The translations under genes were made by a program, and so were the position numbers. Positions 47,313 to 58,141 of a stretch of DNA of 64,000 nucleotides are shown in pieces. The stretch is taken from assembly GCA_965202665.1 (NCBI GenBank), contig OZ241841.1:320001-384000 (forward strand), written 5' to 3'. Source of the DNA: Candidatus Spongiisociaceae bacterium. Its GTDB lineage: Bacteria; Actinomycetota; Acidimicrobiia; Spongiisociales; Spongiisociaceae. Below the pieces are notes generated by a model, which saw only the letters and a list, made by a program, of their open reading frames with translations, did no database searches and had not been told where the DNA came from. How positions within the stretch are numbered: position 1 is the first letter of the stretch; each line of letters opens with the position of its first letter.

Positions 47313-49550
47313 CTAGTTCCAATGCCAATTCCAGGCAGTGTCGTCTTTCAGCAGGCGGGACTCCGATCCGTCCCGTTTGGCCATCCACAATTCGCCGTCC
47401 AAGCCGTAGGCCACCCATTCCCCGGTGCGCGGCCACTCCACTCGGTGGGTTGAGTCGGCAACGGCTACCAGGCGCGGAGGCGAGCCGTCCGCCGCCGCCA
47501 ACCACAACTCATCGCCCACCTGTCTTCCGGCAGCGTCCCGCTTCTCCGACCAAAAAGCGATCATTTCCCCATCCGACGACCAGTACATGAAAAGGATGTT
47601 GCCCAAACCCCCCGCCAAACGGCGCCGGTCGGAACCATCGGCGTCGGCCAGCCACAACTCGTCTTCCATCCAGATGCCCTGCGCGTTCCGCACCTCCGTA
47701 ACGTAAGCCGTCTTGCCCCCATCCGGGGATTCTTCCAGAATGACCGAGCCGGGGAACAGGGGAACGTGGCGGCGTTGATTGGAGCCGTCCTCGTCCGCCT
47801 CCCAAACCCCTCTGTCGACCGTCTCCCCTTCTTCGTTCCGTTGCACCGCCGAATATCGGACGGTCCCGTCATCCGACCAACCGAACCCGGTGTAGAACCA
47901 TTCCCCATCGGAGGGGGCGGTCAGACGGCGCCGCACCCGACGGTCCGCATCCGCCGTCCACAGGCGGTAGGCGTGCAGCCAGTATCCGTCTTCATCGTAG
48001 ATCGGTTCCCGAAAGGCGATGCTTCCCCCGCTCGGCGACCACCTATACCCGCTGTGAAAGTCGCTGACGTCGTCGGCCAACTTGTAGGGCCCGGCTGAGC
48101 CGTCCACTTCGATCATCCACAATCCCGTTTCTCCGGTCCGCTTTCCCCTCTCGTCGACCTGTTCCACCTGATAGGCGAGCCTTCGCCCGTCCGGGGACCA
48201 CTTGTAACGGAAGAAAAAGTCTGGGTTTTCCAGCAACCGGCGCGGCCCGCCCCCGCTGAAATCGGCCACCCGCAGCCCGGTCAGCGTCAGCGGCAGGGAG
48301 AAACCCACAGCCGGGTTCCCGTAACCGGAGGCGGCGGGGAAGCCGAAGCCGGAAAATGATGCGGCGGCGCCCTCGGGGGAGGCGGGCTCCGATGCTTCTT
48401 CTATCAGATACGCCAAGCATTTATCACCGTGGGAAAACTCGTATCGCTCTAAGAAACCGTCCAAACTGAGCAAACGCCGCCGGCGATCCGCGTAAAAGTC
48501 GTAAGACCAGACCTCCGTCCCCGTCAACTCCCCGGCGGCGTCCCGCGCGATCGTTGAATATTTGATGGTTCCCGCGCCCCGCGATGTCAAAAAAGTCCAG
48601 CCGTCGGCGGAGAGGCGGCGCGGACGCAAATCCGGCCCCTCGTACACCCACAGTTCGCGGATCCCCCGCCCGCCGTCGGCAAGCGTTCCCGTATAGGTGA
48701 GGATGTCCCCCGACCACCACAGGTCGTTTCGCCACTCCCCGACGGCGTGTTCGCCCAGCATCCGGGTCTGCGAGGTTGCGGCGTCGAACACCCAAATCTG
48801 CTCGCCCCCGCCGTCCCGCGCGCTGTAGGCGAGGGTCCGGCCGTCCGGGGACCACCGCCAGTAGTAGACGTTTTCGGTCAACCGGCGGGGCTCCGAACCG
48901 TCCGTTCCGGCCACCCACAGTTCCCTCCGCTGGTCGGAATGCAATTCGTAGGTGAAAAAGTTGTTTTCCGGGTCGCCCCGGTTGATGCGGGCCAGCTCTT
49001 GCGCCCCGGCCCGCATGAACAAGGCCAGGTCGGCCCGGCTGGCCCCCTCCGGGAAAGCCCGCCCCACCACCGCCGCCAACTGACCGCCCGGCACCGCCCC
49101 GTCCGGCCGGAAAGACCCATCCGGATACCCCTCGAACCAGCCGAAGTCGGCGGCGTATAGAATGTCCCAACTCTGGGGGTTGCGATATGTGACATCGGCG
49201 AACACCGGCCATTCGCATCCGGGCCCGCCCACCGGATCCCGGCCCAACGTCCGTACGCCGGCCAGCATAAAGGAGGCCAGGTCGGCCCGGCTGGCCCCCT
49301 CCGGGAAAGCCCGCCCCACCACCGCCGCCAACTGACCGCCCGGCACCGCCCCGTCCGGCCGGAAAGACCCATCCGGATACCCCTGAAACCATCCCCGGTC
49401 GGCGGCGAACAAAATGGCCTCCCTTTGCGGATGGGAGGCGGGGACGTCGGAGAACCGCTCCTCCCCCCCGGCGGTCCCCGCGGCGAGCGTCCCGGCCGCC
49501 AACCCCGCCGCCAGCAACGCCCCGGCCGCCCGCGCCGCCCCGCCTTTCAT
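47313..49550 (-). CDS. Surface protein: signal peptide + 2 SLH + TolB/PD40-like propeller repeats (copy 3)
   Basis: GWFQGYPDGSFRP twice; ELWxAxxDGS / WSPDG repeats. Confidence 0.85.
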   Translation of the reverse strand: MKGGAARAAGALLAAGLAAGTLAAGTAGGEERFSDVPASHPQREAILFAADRGWFQGYPDGSFRPDGAVPGGQLAAVVGRAFPEGASRADLASFMLAGVRTLGRDPVGGPGCEWPVFADVTYRNPQSWDILYAADFGWFEGYPDGSFRPDGAVPGGQLAAVVGRAFPEGASRADLALFMRAGAQELARINRGDPENNFFTYELHSDQRRELWVAGTDGSEPRRLTENVYYWRWSPDGRTLAYSARDGGGEQIWVFDAATSQTRMLGEHAVGEWRNDLWWSGDILTYTGTLADGGRGIRELWVYEGPDLRPRRLSADGWTFLTSRGAGTIKYSTIARDAAGELTGTEVWSYDFYADRRRRLLSLDGFLERYEFSHGDKCLAYLIEEASEPASPEGAAASFSGFGFPAASGYGNPAVGFSLPLTLTGLRVADFSGGGPRRLLENPDFFFRYKWSPDGRRLAYQVEQVDERGKRTGETGLWMIEVDGSAGPYKLADDVSDFHSGYRWSPSGGSIAFREPIYDEDGYWLHAYRLWTADADRRVRRRLTAPSDGEWFYTGFGWSDDGTVRYSAVQRNEEGETVDRGVWEADEDGSNQRRHVPLFPGSVILEESPDGGKTAYVTEVRNAQGIWMEDELWLADADGSDRRRLAGGLGNILFMYWSSDGEMIAFWSEKRDAAGRQVGDELWLAAADGSPPRLVAVADSTHRVEWPRTGEWVAYGLDGELWMAKRDGSESRLLKDDTAWNWHWN
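49022..49384. repeat. Exact 111-bp direct repeat between the two SLH domains of copy 3
   Basis: 49022-49132 equals 49274-49384 by eye. Confidence 0.85.
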
Positions 49551-51370
49551 ACGACGACGATCGTAACGTGGATGTTGCGCACCGGTGAAGGCCGGCGCAC
49601 GGCCCGTTCCATGGAAAAGTCCCCCGCCCAGCCAAGCAGCCGCTCGGCGGGATCATCGGCCGCTTCCACCCACAATATTCCGTTTTCCTTGTAGGCGATG
49701 TTTCCGCCGTCGGGGGACCATTCGTACGGCTCCCCCCTGTCCGGCTGATGCGTCAAACGGCGCCTCTCCGACCCGTCGGCCGCCGCCGACCAAACCTCGT
49801 CCCGTTCCCCACTCGCCCAGTAGGCGATGCGCTTCCCGTCCGGCGACCACCTAACTCGTTGAATGTGGGAGATCGCCCCGGACAAACGACGCTGGTTGGA
49901 GCCATCGGCGGCCGCCGCCCGCAATTCGGTTCCCACGTATTCATCGTCTTCGTTCCGCACCTGCACCAAGAAGGCGATGTCCTCCCCGGTGGGCGACCAT
50001 CCCCACCATTGGTTGTAACTTAAATGGTTGTCCGCCAAAAGGGCCGTCTCCCGTCCCCCGGCCGCTACCCGCAACTCCCCGAACACCTGAAAAGCGACGC
50101 TTTCCCCGTTCGGCGACCAATCCCACAGCCCGGAGGAACTCAGATTGTCGCTCCACATAACCGGTTCCGACCCGTCCAAGGCCGCCACGTACAACTGCTG
50201 TTTGCGGGGAATGCGCACGCTTCTTTTGTAGGCGATGCGCTCCCCATCCGGCGACCAGCGGAAACCGCTGAACCCCGCCGAATTTTCAGCCAGCAACCGG
50301 GAACCCGACCCGTCCGCGTTTTCCGCGCGCAACTGCGTTCCCCTCCAGTAACCGTCCCGGTCCCGGGTAGCCGCGACGTAGGCTATTCGCTCCCCGTCCA
50401 ACGACCAGGTCCAGTGGTAGTCGCTGTCCAGCAAATCGGTCACCAACCTCTTGCCCCTCCCGTCGTACGCCGCCGTCCACAACTCATATGGGTTGTTTCT
50501 CCCCGTGCTGTAAGCGATGAAGCCGCTCAACCCCCATTGCCACGACCGGGGACCGGTCAAGTCGCTGGTGAGAAGGCGGTGGTAGGAACCGTCGGCCGCC
50601 GCCGCCCACAATCCGCGTCCCGTCGGCTCGCCGTCCGCTCCCCGCAGCACCGCTTCGTAAGCAATGCTTTCCCCGGAGGGGGCCCATTCCCAGTCGCCGG
50701 TGGCCCAGCAGGTTCCGTCGTAGACAAGATGTTCGCTCACCCGGCGGGGGGCCGACCCATCCGTACCCGCCACCCACAATTCCGACCCCAGCCATTCCCC
50801 GTCCTCGTCCCGGACGCCCTTCTCGTAGGCGATGTTCCCGCCGTCGGGCGACCATCTCCAGAATTCGGGCGTATGACAACGACTCTGGTCCAAGCCTCCC
50901 ACCAACCGGCGGGGCGCCGTCCCGTCCAATCCCACCACCCACATTTCAACCGCTTCCCAGGCACTTTCCTCGTTTCGTATTACCACTAAGTAAACGATCT
51001 TTCCCCCATCCGGCGACCGCGAAAAGTCCAATATTTCAACCGGGTCCTCCACTAATCGAACCGGTTCCGTCCCGTCCGCTCCCGCCGCCCACAGCTCAAC
51101 CCCGCCCGGGACCCGCACTGCGTAAACCAAAAGATCGTCCTTTGGCGAAAGGGCGGCCGGATCGCCGCCGTTCGGAGCCGGCGCGGAGGGGAGGGTGGCG
51201 GCGCCTTCCCGCATGAAAGCGGCCAACTCGGCCCGGGTGGAACCGGATGGGAAGGCCCGCCGCAACACTTTGGCTATCTGAGCCGGGGTTACCGTCCGTT
51301 CGGGCCGAAAGGTACCGTCCGGATAACCCTGAAACCACCCCAGCTGAACGGCGACGACGATGTCCAGCAG
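49547..51370 (-). pseudogene. SLH + propeller protein copy 4, 5'-truncated (no signal peptide, partial SLH)
   Basis: Frame extends upstream of 51268 as LLDIVVAVQLGWFQGYPDGTFRP until it meets low-GC lipoprotein sequence and a TAG. Confidence 0.75.
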
Positions 51371-51839
51371 GGCCCGTCCCTACTAAGTATTCGTTGATCG
51401 TAATATCCATAAAGCAAAGATAATGAAAAAGACCGATATACAAGTCATCAAGCATCTCTCGTTCAGGTCTAAACATTGGATACACATCACATCGGATACT
51501 ATTAGGCTTGGCAATGCCCCTAACCGCAATATGGGGGGCTAACCTGGGATGATATACACCTGTTAGTAAACTAGCACCGAGCAACAAATCAGTGAAAGTA
51601 GGCGGATCACCTTCCTCCACTGGCCAAAAGGGGATTGCCCCCTGTATGGAAACCGTCTCCAAGTCCGGAATGTCCGTAGCGCAAAGTTCCTGACCACTCC
51701 CCTCATTATCGGCGCAAGGAGGAACAACGGCCTCTAAATATGACACCTCATCTCTAGACATGGCCTGTTCCCGCCCGCCGTTATCACTACATGAAATCGC
51801 AAGCAATGCTAAAACTATTAGTAAAATCCTAATATTCAT
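51370..51839 (-). pseudogene. Lipoprotein paralog truncated after EYLVGTGP, fused out of frame to SLH copy 4
   Basis: Lipobox LAISC, VSYLEAVVPPC, PHIAVRG, HYLCFMD..EYLVGTGP; tail of track ORF is an off-frame reading of SLH DNA. Confidence 0.75.
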
Positions 51840-52044
51840 TATTGAATCTCCCTAAAAGGCAAGGATTATGATCAGAACTCCAGAAAGGAATACAGGGAGG
51901 AATCGTCTCTTCTAAATACCAAACAATAGGCCTCGTGGGTTGCTCGTTACGTAACTCCACACTCTCAGCACTATCAGTCTTGCAAGACGGCAAAACCAAA
52001 ACAATCAGCACTACCCAAATGCTCAAGAATCTCACAGATCTCAT
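51829..52044 (-). pseudogene. Short lipoprotein paralog remnant (71 aa)
   Basis: AGGAGG RBS, lipobox LPSC, VWYLEETIPPC..NPC then stop. Confidence 0.6.
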
Positions 52045-52218
52045 TTGCCGTAATCCTCCTTGACGCGCGCCTCTATACAACCATCAACCCACCCCTCACC
52101 GGAACCAGCCCGATGATCCAACTACTCCTCCTTTCAAACTCCAATAAAACTAACTTAACACCACCGCAAACACCTGTCAAATCCAACTTGAAAAAATCCC
52201 GCGCCGGGAGAGAAGCCG

Positions 52219-52986
52219 TCAGTACATTAGGAAGCCGCCGCTTACGTTTATGGTGGCTCCGCTTATGAACGATGAGTGGCGGCTGGCTAGGAACACCACC
52301 ACCCCGCCCAACTCCTCCGGGGAGGCCACCCGGCCCAGGGGGGTGGCTTTGGTCATCGCCTCCAGCACCTCCGGGGCCAAATCGGTCATCAGCATCGGGG
52401 TGTCCACCTGGCCGGGGGCCACTGCGTTCACCGTTATCTGATCCCCCCCGTAGGTGCGGGCCAAACCCCGCACCATGGACACGATCCCCCCTTTGGCGGC
52501 GCAATACACCACCGAACCGCCGAAGCCGCCCGTCCACCAGCCCTGCGAGGAAAAAGCTATGATCCGGCCCCCCTCCCCCGCCTCCCGCATCATCGTCGCC
52601 GCCTCCCGCATCAGAAAAAAGGAGGCTTTCAAATTGGTGTCCAGCTGGAAATCCCAGTCATCTTCGGTCACCGCGTCCACAGAATCTACCCGGCGCAGCA
52701 CCGCCGCCAAATGAGCCAGCGCGTACACCCCGCCCAGCTCGTCCCGCGCCCGCTCCAGCAACGCCCTTTGCGCCGACCGGTCGGTCAAATCCGCCCCCAC
52801 CGCCGCATGGCCCGGCCCTTCCAAACCGGCTACCGCCTCATCGGCCGCCGCCTGATGCAAATCCACCGCCATCACCCGCGCCCCGGCGGAGGCGAACGCG
52901 GCGGTGACCGCCCGGCCTATCCCCCCGGCCGCCCCGGTGACCACCACCCCTTTGCCCTCCAAACCCGCTCCTACGCTCCACGCCAC
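52219..52986 (-). CDS. SDR family oxidoreductase
   Basis: TGAAGGIG, YCAAKGG, VNAVAPG. Confidence 0.93.
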   Translation of the reverse strand: MAWSVGAGLEGKGVVVTGAAGGIGRAVTAAFASAGARVMAVDLHQAAADEAVAGLEGPGHAAVGADLTDRSAQRALLERARDELGGVYALAHLAAVLRRVDSVDAVTEDDWDFQLDTNLKASFFLMREAATMMREAGEGGRIIAFSSQGWWTGGFGGSVVYCAAKGGIVSMVRGLARTYGGDQITVNAVAPGQVDTPMLMTDLAPEVLEAMTKATPLGRVASPEELGGVVVFLASRHSSFISGATINVSGGFLMY

Positions 52987-53028
52987 TTCCGGCCTCCCTT
53001 CCCTGAACTGAACCGAACCGCCCCCGGC

Positions 53029-54165
53029 CTATCCGAGAACTTTCTCAGTGCGGAACCTGTCCACCACCGACTCTTTCACCTCCACCCCCAGCCCCGCCCC
53101 AGCGGGCGGAAACACCCAGCCCTCCCGGTGCTCAAACGGCTCCTCCACCAGCTCATGCTGCATCGGGTTCTCCAACGGCTTGAACTCGAACAACTTGCAG
53201 GCCCGGCTGCTGAAACTCACCGCCAAACTGGCCGCCGTCACAATCGCCGACGACCAGGCGTGGGCGTTGGCCTGCCTGCGGCGGCTTTCCGTCAAATCGG
53301 CCACCCGTTTGAAGCCGGTAATCCCCTCCGCCCGTCCCGGATCGCACCCCACCACGTCCACCGTCCCCGTATCCAACACCCGCTCAAAACCGGAAAGGGT
53401 CCACTCCCGCTCCCCGTAAGCCAGCAAAGTTCGGGTTTTGGAACGCAGGTTGGCGTAGCCTTCCGGATCCCACGCCCCCAGCGGCTCCTCGATCCAGTCG
53501 ATTCCGTATTCGTCGAAGGCCTGCGTGCGCCGCACCGCGGTGGACACGTCCCATTTCACCGCCACCCCCAGGTCGATCATCAGCGACTTGCCGGGGCCGA
53601 TCGCCTCCCGCATCCGCCGTACGTATTCCACGTCCCGGTCGTGTTCGAACCCCAGACGGGCGTTCCCCCGCTTCCCGAACCCCACTTTCATCCCATGCAA
53701 ACCGCTCGACAGCCACTCCCGCGCCTCCTCCGCCATCTCCGGGATGGACTCGTAATGGGCGTGGGAGGAGGCGATGGCGGGCAACCGGTCATGCACCGGC
53801 CCGCCCAGCAGATCCAGCACGCTGCTCCCCAAAGCCTTCCCTTTCAAATCCCACAGGGCGATGTCCAAAGCGGCGATGGCGAAACTGGCGATCCCGCCCC
53901 CGTGCCCGTACCACCAGGCCCGGTCTTTCAAATCCCCGAAGATGGCGGCGTTGCGCACCGGGTCCCGCCCCACCAGCAAATCCGCCATCCCCTCCATCAC
54001 CTCTTTGGCGGCGAAACTGGCTTCGGGCCACATGGTCACCGACTCCCCCCATCCCACCGTCCCGTCGGCGGCGGTGACCTTCGCCAAGCACAGGTGGCGG
54101 ACGGCGTTGAAGTCGTTCGGCTCCGGGTAACTGACCGGAATGGCCTCCACGGACTGGATTTTCAT
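53029..54165 (-). CDS. Mandelate racemase / muconate lactonizing enzyme (enolase superfamily), probable acid-sugar dehydratase
   Basis: MKIQSVEAI start with RBS, GWGES, DIALWDLKGK, MIDLG, WIEEP, YGERE, AHAW. Confidence 0.9.
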   Translation of the reverse strand: MKIQSVEAIPVSYPEPNDFNAVRHLCLAKVTAADGTVGWGESVTMWPEASFAAKEVMEGMADLLVGRDPVRNAAIFGDLKDRAWWYGHGGGIASFAIAALDIALWDLKGKALGSSVLDLLGGPVHDRLPAIASSHAHYESIPEMAEEAREWLSSGLHGMKVGFGKRGNARLGFEHDRDVEYVRRMREAIGPGKSLMIDLGVAVKWDVSTAVRRTQAFDEYGIDWIEEPLGAWDPEGYANLRSKTRTLLAYGEREWTLSGFERVLDTGTVDVVGCDPGRAEGITGFKRVADLTESRRRQANAHAWSSAIVTAASLAVSFSSRACKLFEFKPLENPMQHELVEEPFEHREGWVFPPAGAGLGVEVKESVVDRFRTEKVLG

Positions 54166-54248
54166 CTCCCGCCTTTCCCCGCCCGGCGCCCGCCCGGCGG
54201 TTGGGCCGGTTCGCCGGCGGATGTTGGATTTTGCGGCATCGCCCAACC

Positions 54249-54767
54249 TTACCCGGCGGCGGCCCGGGGAGGCGGCTGCAGGAGCTCCAGCGTGATCCCG
54301 TCCGGGTCCCGCAGGTAACAGGCCCGGGCCCCGGCGTTGGGGCCGACCGTAACCTCCACCGGGCCGGGGCTGACCGGGACCGCCCCGCACGCCAGCGCCC
54401 GCTCCCGCATCGCCCCGATGTCGTCCACCGCCAGGCAGATGTGAACGTTGCCCGGGTTGGCGGTGTCCGGCGGGTTGGGATGCTTGTCGGGAATCAGGTA
54501 TTCCAGAATTTCCAGCACCGCCCCATCCCCGCCCGGCAGGTCGATGACCGCCGCGTCCAAATGAATTCCCTGGTATCCGGTGATGCCGCCCAGGTACTCC
54601 CCGTCCAGCACCCGCCGCCAGCGGGGTTCCACCCCCAGGAAAGCGCTCCAGAAAGCGGCCGACCTGCCCACGTCGGCCACCGTTACCCCCAGATGGTGAA
54701 TGCGGCGCAGGCCGGCCGCCCCCGCCGCCCCGTCCCCGTCCCCGGCGTCCGGCTCACCAGGTGACAT
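54249..54767 (-). CDS. VOC / glyoxalase family protein
   Basis: IHHLGVTV, HICLAV, YLRDPDGITLELLQ. Confidence 0.9.
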   Translation of the reverse strand: MSPGEPDAGDGDGAAGAAGLRRIHHLGVTVADVGRSAAFWSAFLGVEPRWRRVLDGEYLGGITGYQGIHLDAAVIDLPGGDGAVLEILEYLIPDKHPNPPDTANPGNVHICLAVDDIGAMRERALACGAVPVSPGPVEVTVGPNAGARACYLRDPDGITLELLQPPPRAAAG

Positions 54768-55488
54768 AGCCTCCGCCCAGGTTGACCGCCTGCCCGGTCA
54801 TGTAGGAGCTTTCTTCGGAGAGCAGAAACCAGATCAGCCCGGCCACTTCCTCCGGGGTTCCGGAGCGGCCCATCGGCACCAGGGAGTTGCGGGCCGCCCG
54901 CAGTTCATCGGGGGTCATCCCCCGTTGGGGGGCCACTTCCGCCAGCACCCGTTCCTGCATGGGGGTGTCGATCACCGCCGGGCACACCGCGTTCACCCGC
55001 ACCGGGATCTCCGCCAGCCGGTAGGCGAAGGAGCGGGTGACGGACAGGATGGCGGTTTTGGAGGCCCCGTAGACGGCCGCCTCCACCGTGTTGGACAACT
55101 TGGCCGAACTGGACGACATGTTGACGATGGAGCCGCCGGGGGGCATGGAAAACCCGATCCCCTGGCACAGGAAAAAGATTGATTCCACGTTGACGGCGAA
55201 CACCCTCCGCCAGTCCTCCACGGAAACTTCGGACAGGTCTTTCAGCAGGATCACCCCGGCCGCGTTGACCAGATGCCGGCACCCCCGCCCCTCCTCCGCC
55301 ACCCGCGCCCGGTCCTCCGGCGAAGACAGGTCGGCGGCCATGATCCGGGCGCCGCTCCCCGCCCAGGCTTCTTCCAGGCCCTCCCGGTTGATGTCCACCA
55401 CCGTCACCCGGCATCCTTCGTCCAAAAGCCGCTGGGCGGCCGCCCGGCCGATCCCGCTGGCCGCCCCGGTGACAACCGCCTTCGGCAT
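54754..55488 (-). CDS. SDR family oxidoreductase
   Basis: TGAASGIG, VNAAG, YGASK, VNAVCP. Confidence 0.93.
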   Translation of the reverse strand: MPKAVVTGAASGIGRAAAQRLLDEGCRVTVVDINREGLEEAWAGSGARIMAADLSSPEDRARVAEEGRGCRHLVNAAGVILLKDLSEVSVEDWRRVFAVNVESIFFLCQGIGFSMPPGGSIVNMSSSSAKLSNTVEAAVYGASKTAILSVTRSFAYRLAEIPVRVNAVCPAVIDTPMQERVLAEVAPQRGMTPDELRAARNSLVPMGRSGTPEEVAGLIWFLLSEESSYMTGQAVNLGGGYVTW

Positions 55489-55521
55489 AAGCCCGCCCGC
55501 CCGTCCGGCGCCCGAAGCCGG

Positions 55522-56607
55522 CTAGTCGGCCCCGGCCAGCCGCAACCGCACCTGGTCGAAGGTGACCGCCCCCACCAACAGCACCCCCTGCGCCACTTCG
55601 ATCCAGAACGATCCCACGTTCAGCTGGATGAGGCCGTTTTGCAACACTCCGATCACGCACACCGCCAGCAGGGTGCCGCCGATGGTGCCCCGCCCCCCGG
55701 ACAGGCTGGCCCCGCCCAGGATGACCGCGGTCAGCACCGCCAGCTCGAATCCCAGGCCGGCGTTGGTGGAAGCCCCCCCGATCTGCGACAGGCGGATCAG
55801 CCCGCCCAGGGCCACCGCCAGGGCCGACAGCATGAACCCGATGAAGATAAGCAACCGCACCCGGATTCCGGCCAGGCGGGCCGCCTCCGGGCTGGCCCCG
55901 ATGGCGTACATGGACCGCCCGTAAACGGTGAACCGCATAATCACGAAAAAGATGGCCACCATGGCCGCGAAAAGGTAAACCGACAGCGGGATGTTAAATA
56001 AGGGCCGCACCACCCCCAGTTTGTTGAACCCGTTGATGCGGATGGTCTGGCCGTCGCCGATGACTTTGGTCATCCCGCGCAGGATGGCCAACGTCCCCAA
56101 AGTGGTGATAATGGAATTAAGCCCCACCACGGTCACCAGCGACCCATGGATGCCCCCGATGAGCAAAGTGGCCAGCAGGGCCACCAGGAAGGCCCCCACC
56201 AGGGTCAGCCCCAATCCGTAAGGGGTGGTTTCGGCGTTGGTGGCGGTGGCGGCCACCGCCATGGACATTCCGATGAACCCGGCCGCCGAGCCCACTGACA
56301 AATCCACCTGTCCCGCCACCAACAGCAAAGTGGCCGGGCAGGCGATGATGCCGATGACGGCCACGTTCTGCAAAACGTTGATCAGGTTGTCGGTGCGCAG
56401 GAAAAAATCGGAGGTGATGGAGAAAAAGACGAACTCGATCAACAGCACCGCCAGCAGGGCGGTGGTTTCCGGCAGTTTGAGCTTGGCCCGCCGCCGGCCG
56501 ATTTCCTCAACTTCCGCTTTGGCGGCCGCTACCTGCTCGGCGCGGGTCGCAATCTCCCCGTCGTCTCCGGCGTCGGAACGGCCGTTGGCCGCGGTTTCAT
56601 CGTTCAT
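55522..56607 (-). CDS. Sugar ABC transporter permease (RbsC-like)
   Basis: VDLSVGS, YAIGASPEAARLAGI, AVILGGASLSGGRG. Confidence 0.93.
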   Translation of the reverse strand: MNDETAANGRSDAGDDGEIATRAEQVAAAKAEVEEIGRRRAKLKLPETTALLAVLLIEFVFFSITSDFFLRTDNLINVLQNVAVIGIIACPATLLLVAGQVDLSVGSAAGFIGMSMAVAATATNAETTPYGLGLTLVGAFLVALLATLLIGGIHGSLVTVVGLNSIITTLGTLAILRGMTKVIGDGQTIRINGFNKLGVVRPLFNIPLSVYLFAAMVAIFFVIMRFTVYGRSMYAIGASPEAARLAGIRVRLLIFIGFMLSALAVALGGLIRLSQIGGASTNAGLGFELAVLTAVILGGASLSGGRGTIGGTLLAVCVIGVLQNGLIQLNVGSFWIEVAQGVLLVGAVTFDQVRLRLAGAD

Positions 56608-56613
56608 TTTGGG

Positions 56614-58107
56614 CTAACCTCCCGAAGCTTCGAGCAGTCCGCTCATGGTTACGTCGTCGCCGGACAGTTCCGCGACCGCCCGGCCTTTGGCGATCACCAG
56701 GCACCGGTCTGCCACCTGCACCGCCTCCTCGTAGTCGGAGGTGACCACCAGCACCGCGATTCCCTCCTCCGCCAACTCGCGCAGGGCGCCGTAAATGTCG
56801 CGGCGGGCCCCCACGTCCACCCCCCGGGTGGGTTCCACCAGCACCATCACCCGCGAGCGCCTTTCCAGCCAGCGGGAGATGAGCACCTTCTGCTGGTTGC
56901 CGCCGGACAGGGTGCGCATAATTTGGCGGGGGTCGTTGCGGGAGCGGATGGACAGGCGGTCGTGCCAGCGGCGGTAGGCCCGGTTTTCCACCCGGGCGGT
57001 GATCCACTGCCCGAAGCGGGCCAGGAGCGGCCAGGAGGCCACCGCCGTGTTTTCCGCCACCGAACGCACCATCAGCGCCCCGCCCGCTTTGCGTTCCGCG
57101 GGCAGAAACCCGATTCCCCGCTGCACCGCCCCCACCGGGGTGGAGAAGTCGGCGGGCGCCCCGCCCACCTCCAACCGGCCGGCGTGCAACTCGCGGATTC
57201 CGAAAGCGGTTTCCGCCAACTCGGCCGCCCCCGAACCCAGTTTGCCGTAGACGGCCACCACCTCCCCCGGACGCACCTCCAAATCCACCCCCTGGAACTG
57301 GTTTTCCGCCCCGGCCCCCGTCCAGCGCAGGGCCGGTTCCTCCCCCAAGTCGTGGCTGATGGGGGCCGGGCGGCCCAACTCGCCGCTTTTCCGTCCGATC
57401 ATCGCCTCGATCATCGCCCTCCGGTCGGTTTCCGCGACTTGGGACACCAGGGCGGTGTGGCCGTCCCGCAGCACCTGCACCCGGTCGGCGATCAACCCCA
57501 CTTCGTCCAGCCGGTGGGTGATGTAGACGATGGCCACCCCCTGCGAACGCAGTTTGCGGATGAACTCGAACAGCACCTCCGCTTCGTGGTGGGAGAGGGC
57601 GGCGGTCGGTTCGTCCAGGATGAGCAGTTTGGCCGAATGGGAGAGGGCCCGGGCGATTTCCACCAGTTGCCGCTCCCCGACCCGCAACGACCCGACTATC
57701 GCATTGGGGTCGATTTCGATTTCCAACTCGTCCAGGATGTCCACCGCCCGTTTGCGCATCGCCCCCCACCGCACCATTCCCCCTTTGCTGGGCAACCGCC
57801 CCAGGGAAATGTTTTCGGCCACGCTCAGCGGCGGGGCGTCCTGGAACTCCTGGGAGATGATGGCCACCCCCAGGGCCCGGGCCTGGCGGGGGGTGAGGAC
57901 CTCGAAGGTTTCCCCTTCCGCGGCCAGCTCCCCGGAGTCGGCTTGGTAGTCGCCGGACATTATTTTGACCAGCGTCGACTTGCCCGCTCCGTTCTCCCCC
58001 AACAGGGCCAGAACTTCGCCTGCGGAGGCGCCGAGGTCCACGCCATGCAGAACCTCGACGCCCCCGAAGGACTTCCTTATACGGCGAGCCTCAAACGAGA
58101 ACGCCAT
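56614..58107 (-). CDS. Sugar ABC transporter ATP-binding protein (RbsA-like)
   Basis: GENGAGKST, LDEPTAAL, LSGGNQQK, EPTRGVDVGA. Confidence 0.94.
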   Translation of the reverse strand: MAFSFEARRIRKSFGGVEVLHGVDLGASAGEVLALLGENGAGKSTLVKIMSGDYQADSGELAAEGETFEVLTPRQARALGVAIISQEFQDAPPLSVAENISLGRLPSKGGMVRWGAMRKRAVDILDELEIEIDPNAIVGSLRVGERQLVEIARALSHSAKLLILDEPTAALSHHEAEVLFEFIRKLRSQGVAIVYITHRLDEVGLIADRVQVLRDGHTALVSQVAETDRRAMIEAMIGRKSGELGRPAPISHDLGEEPALRWTGAGAENQFQGVDLEVRPGEVVAVYGKLGSGAAELAETAFGIRELHAGRLEVGGAPADFSTPVGAVQRGIGFLPAERKAGGALMVRSVAENTAVASWPLLARFGQWITARVENRAYRRWHDRLSIRSRNDPRQIMRTLSGGNQQKVLISRWLERRSRVMVLVEPTRGVDVGARRDIYGALRELAEEGIAVLVVTSDYEEAVQVADRCLVIAKGRAVAELSGDDVTMSGLLEASGG

Positions 58108-58141
58108 TTCGCTTGCCGAATGTAACCCGGCGGCGGCTGTC

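Noticed and set aside
51096-51369. C-terminal tail of track ORF 51096-51839 as real protein
   Set aside because: It is an off-frame reading of SLH-coding DNA after a deletion junction.
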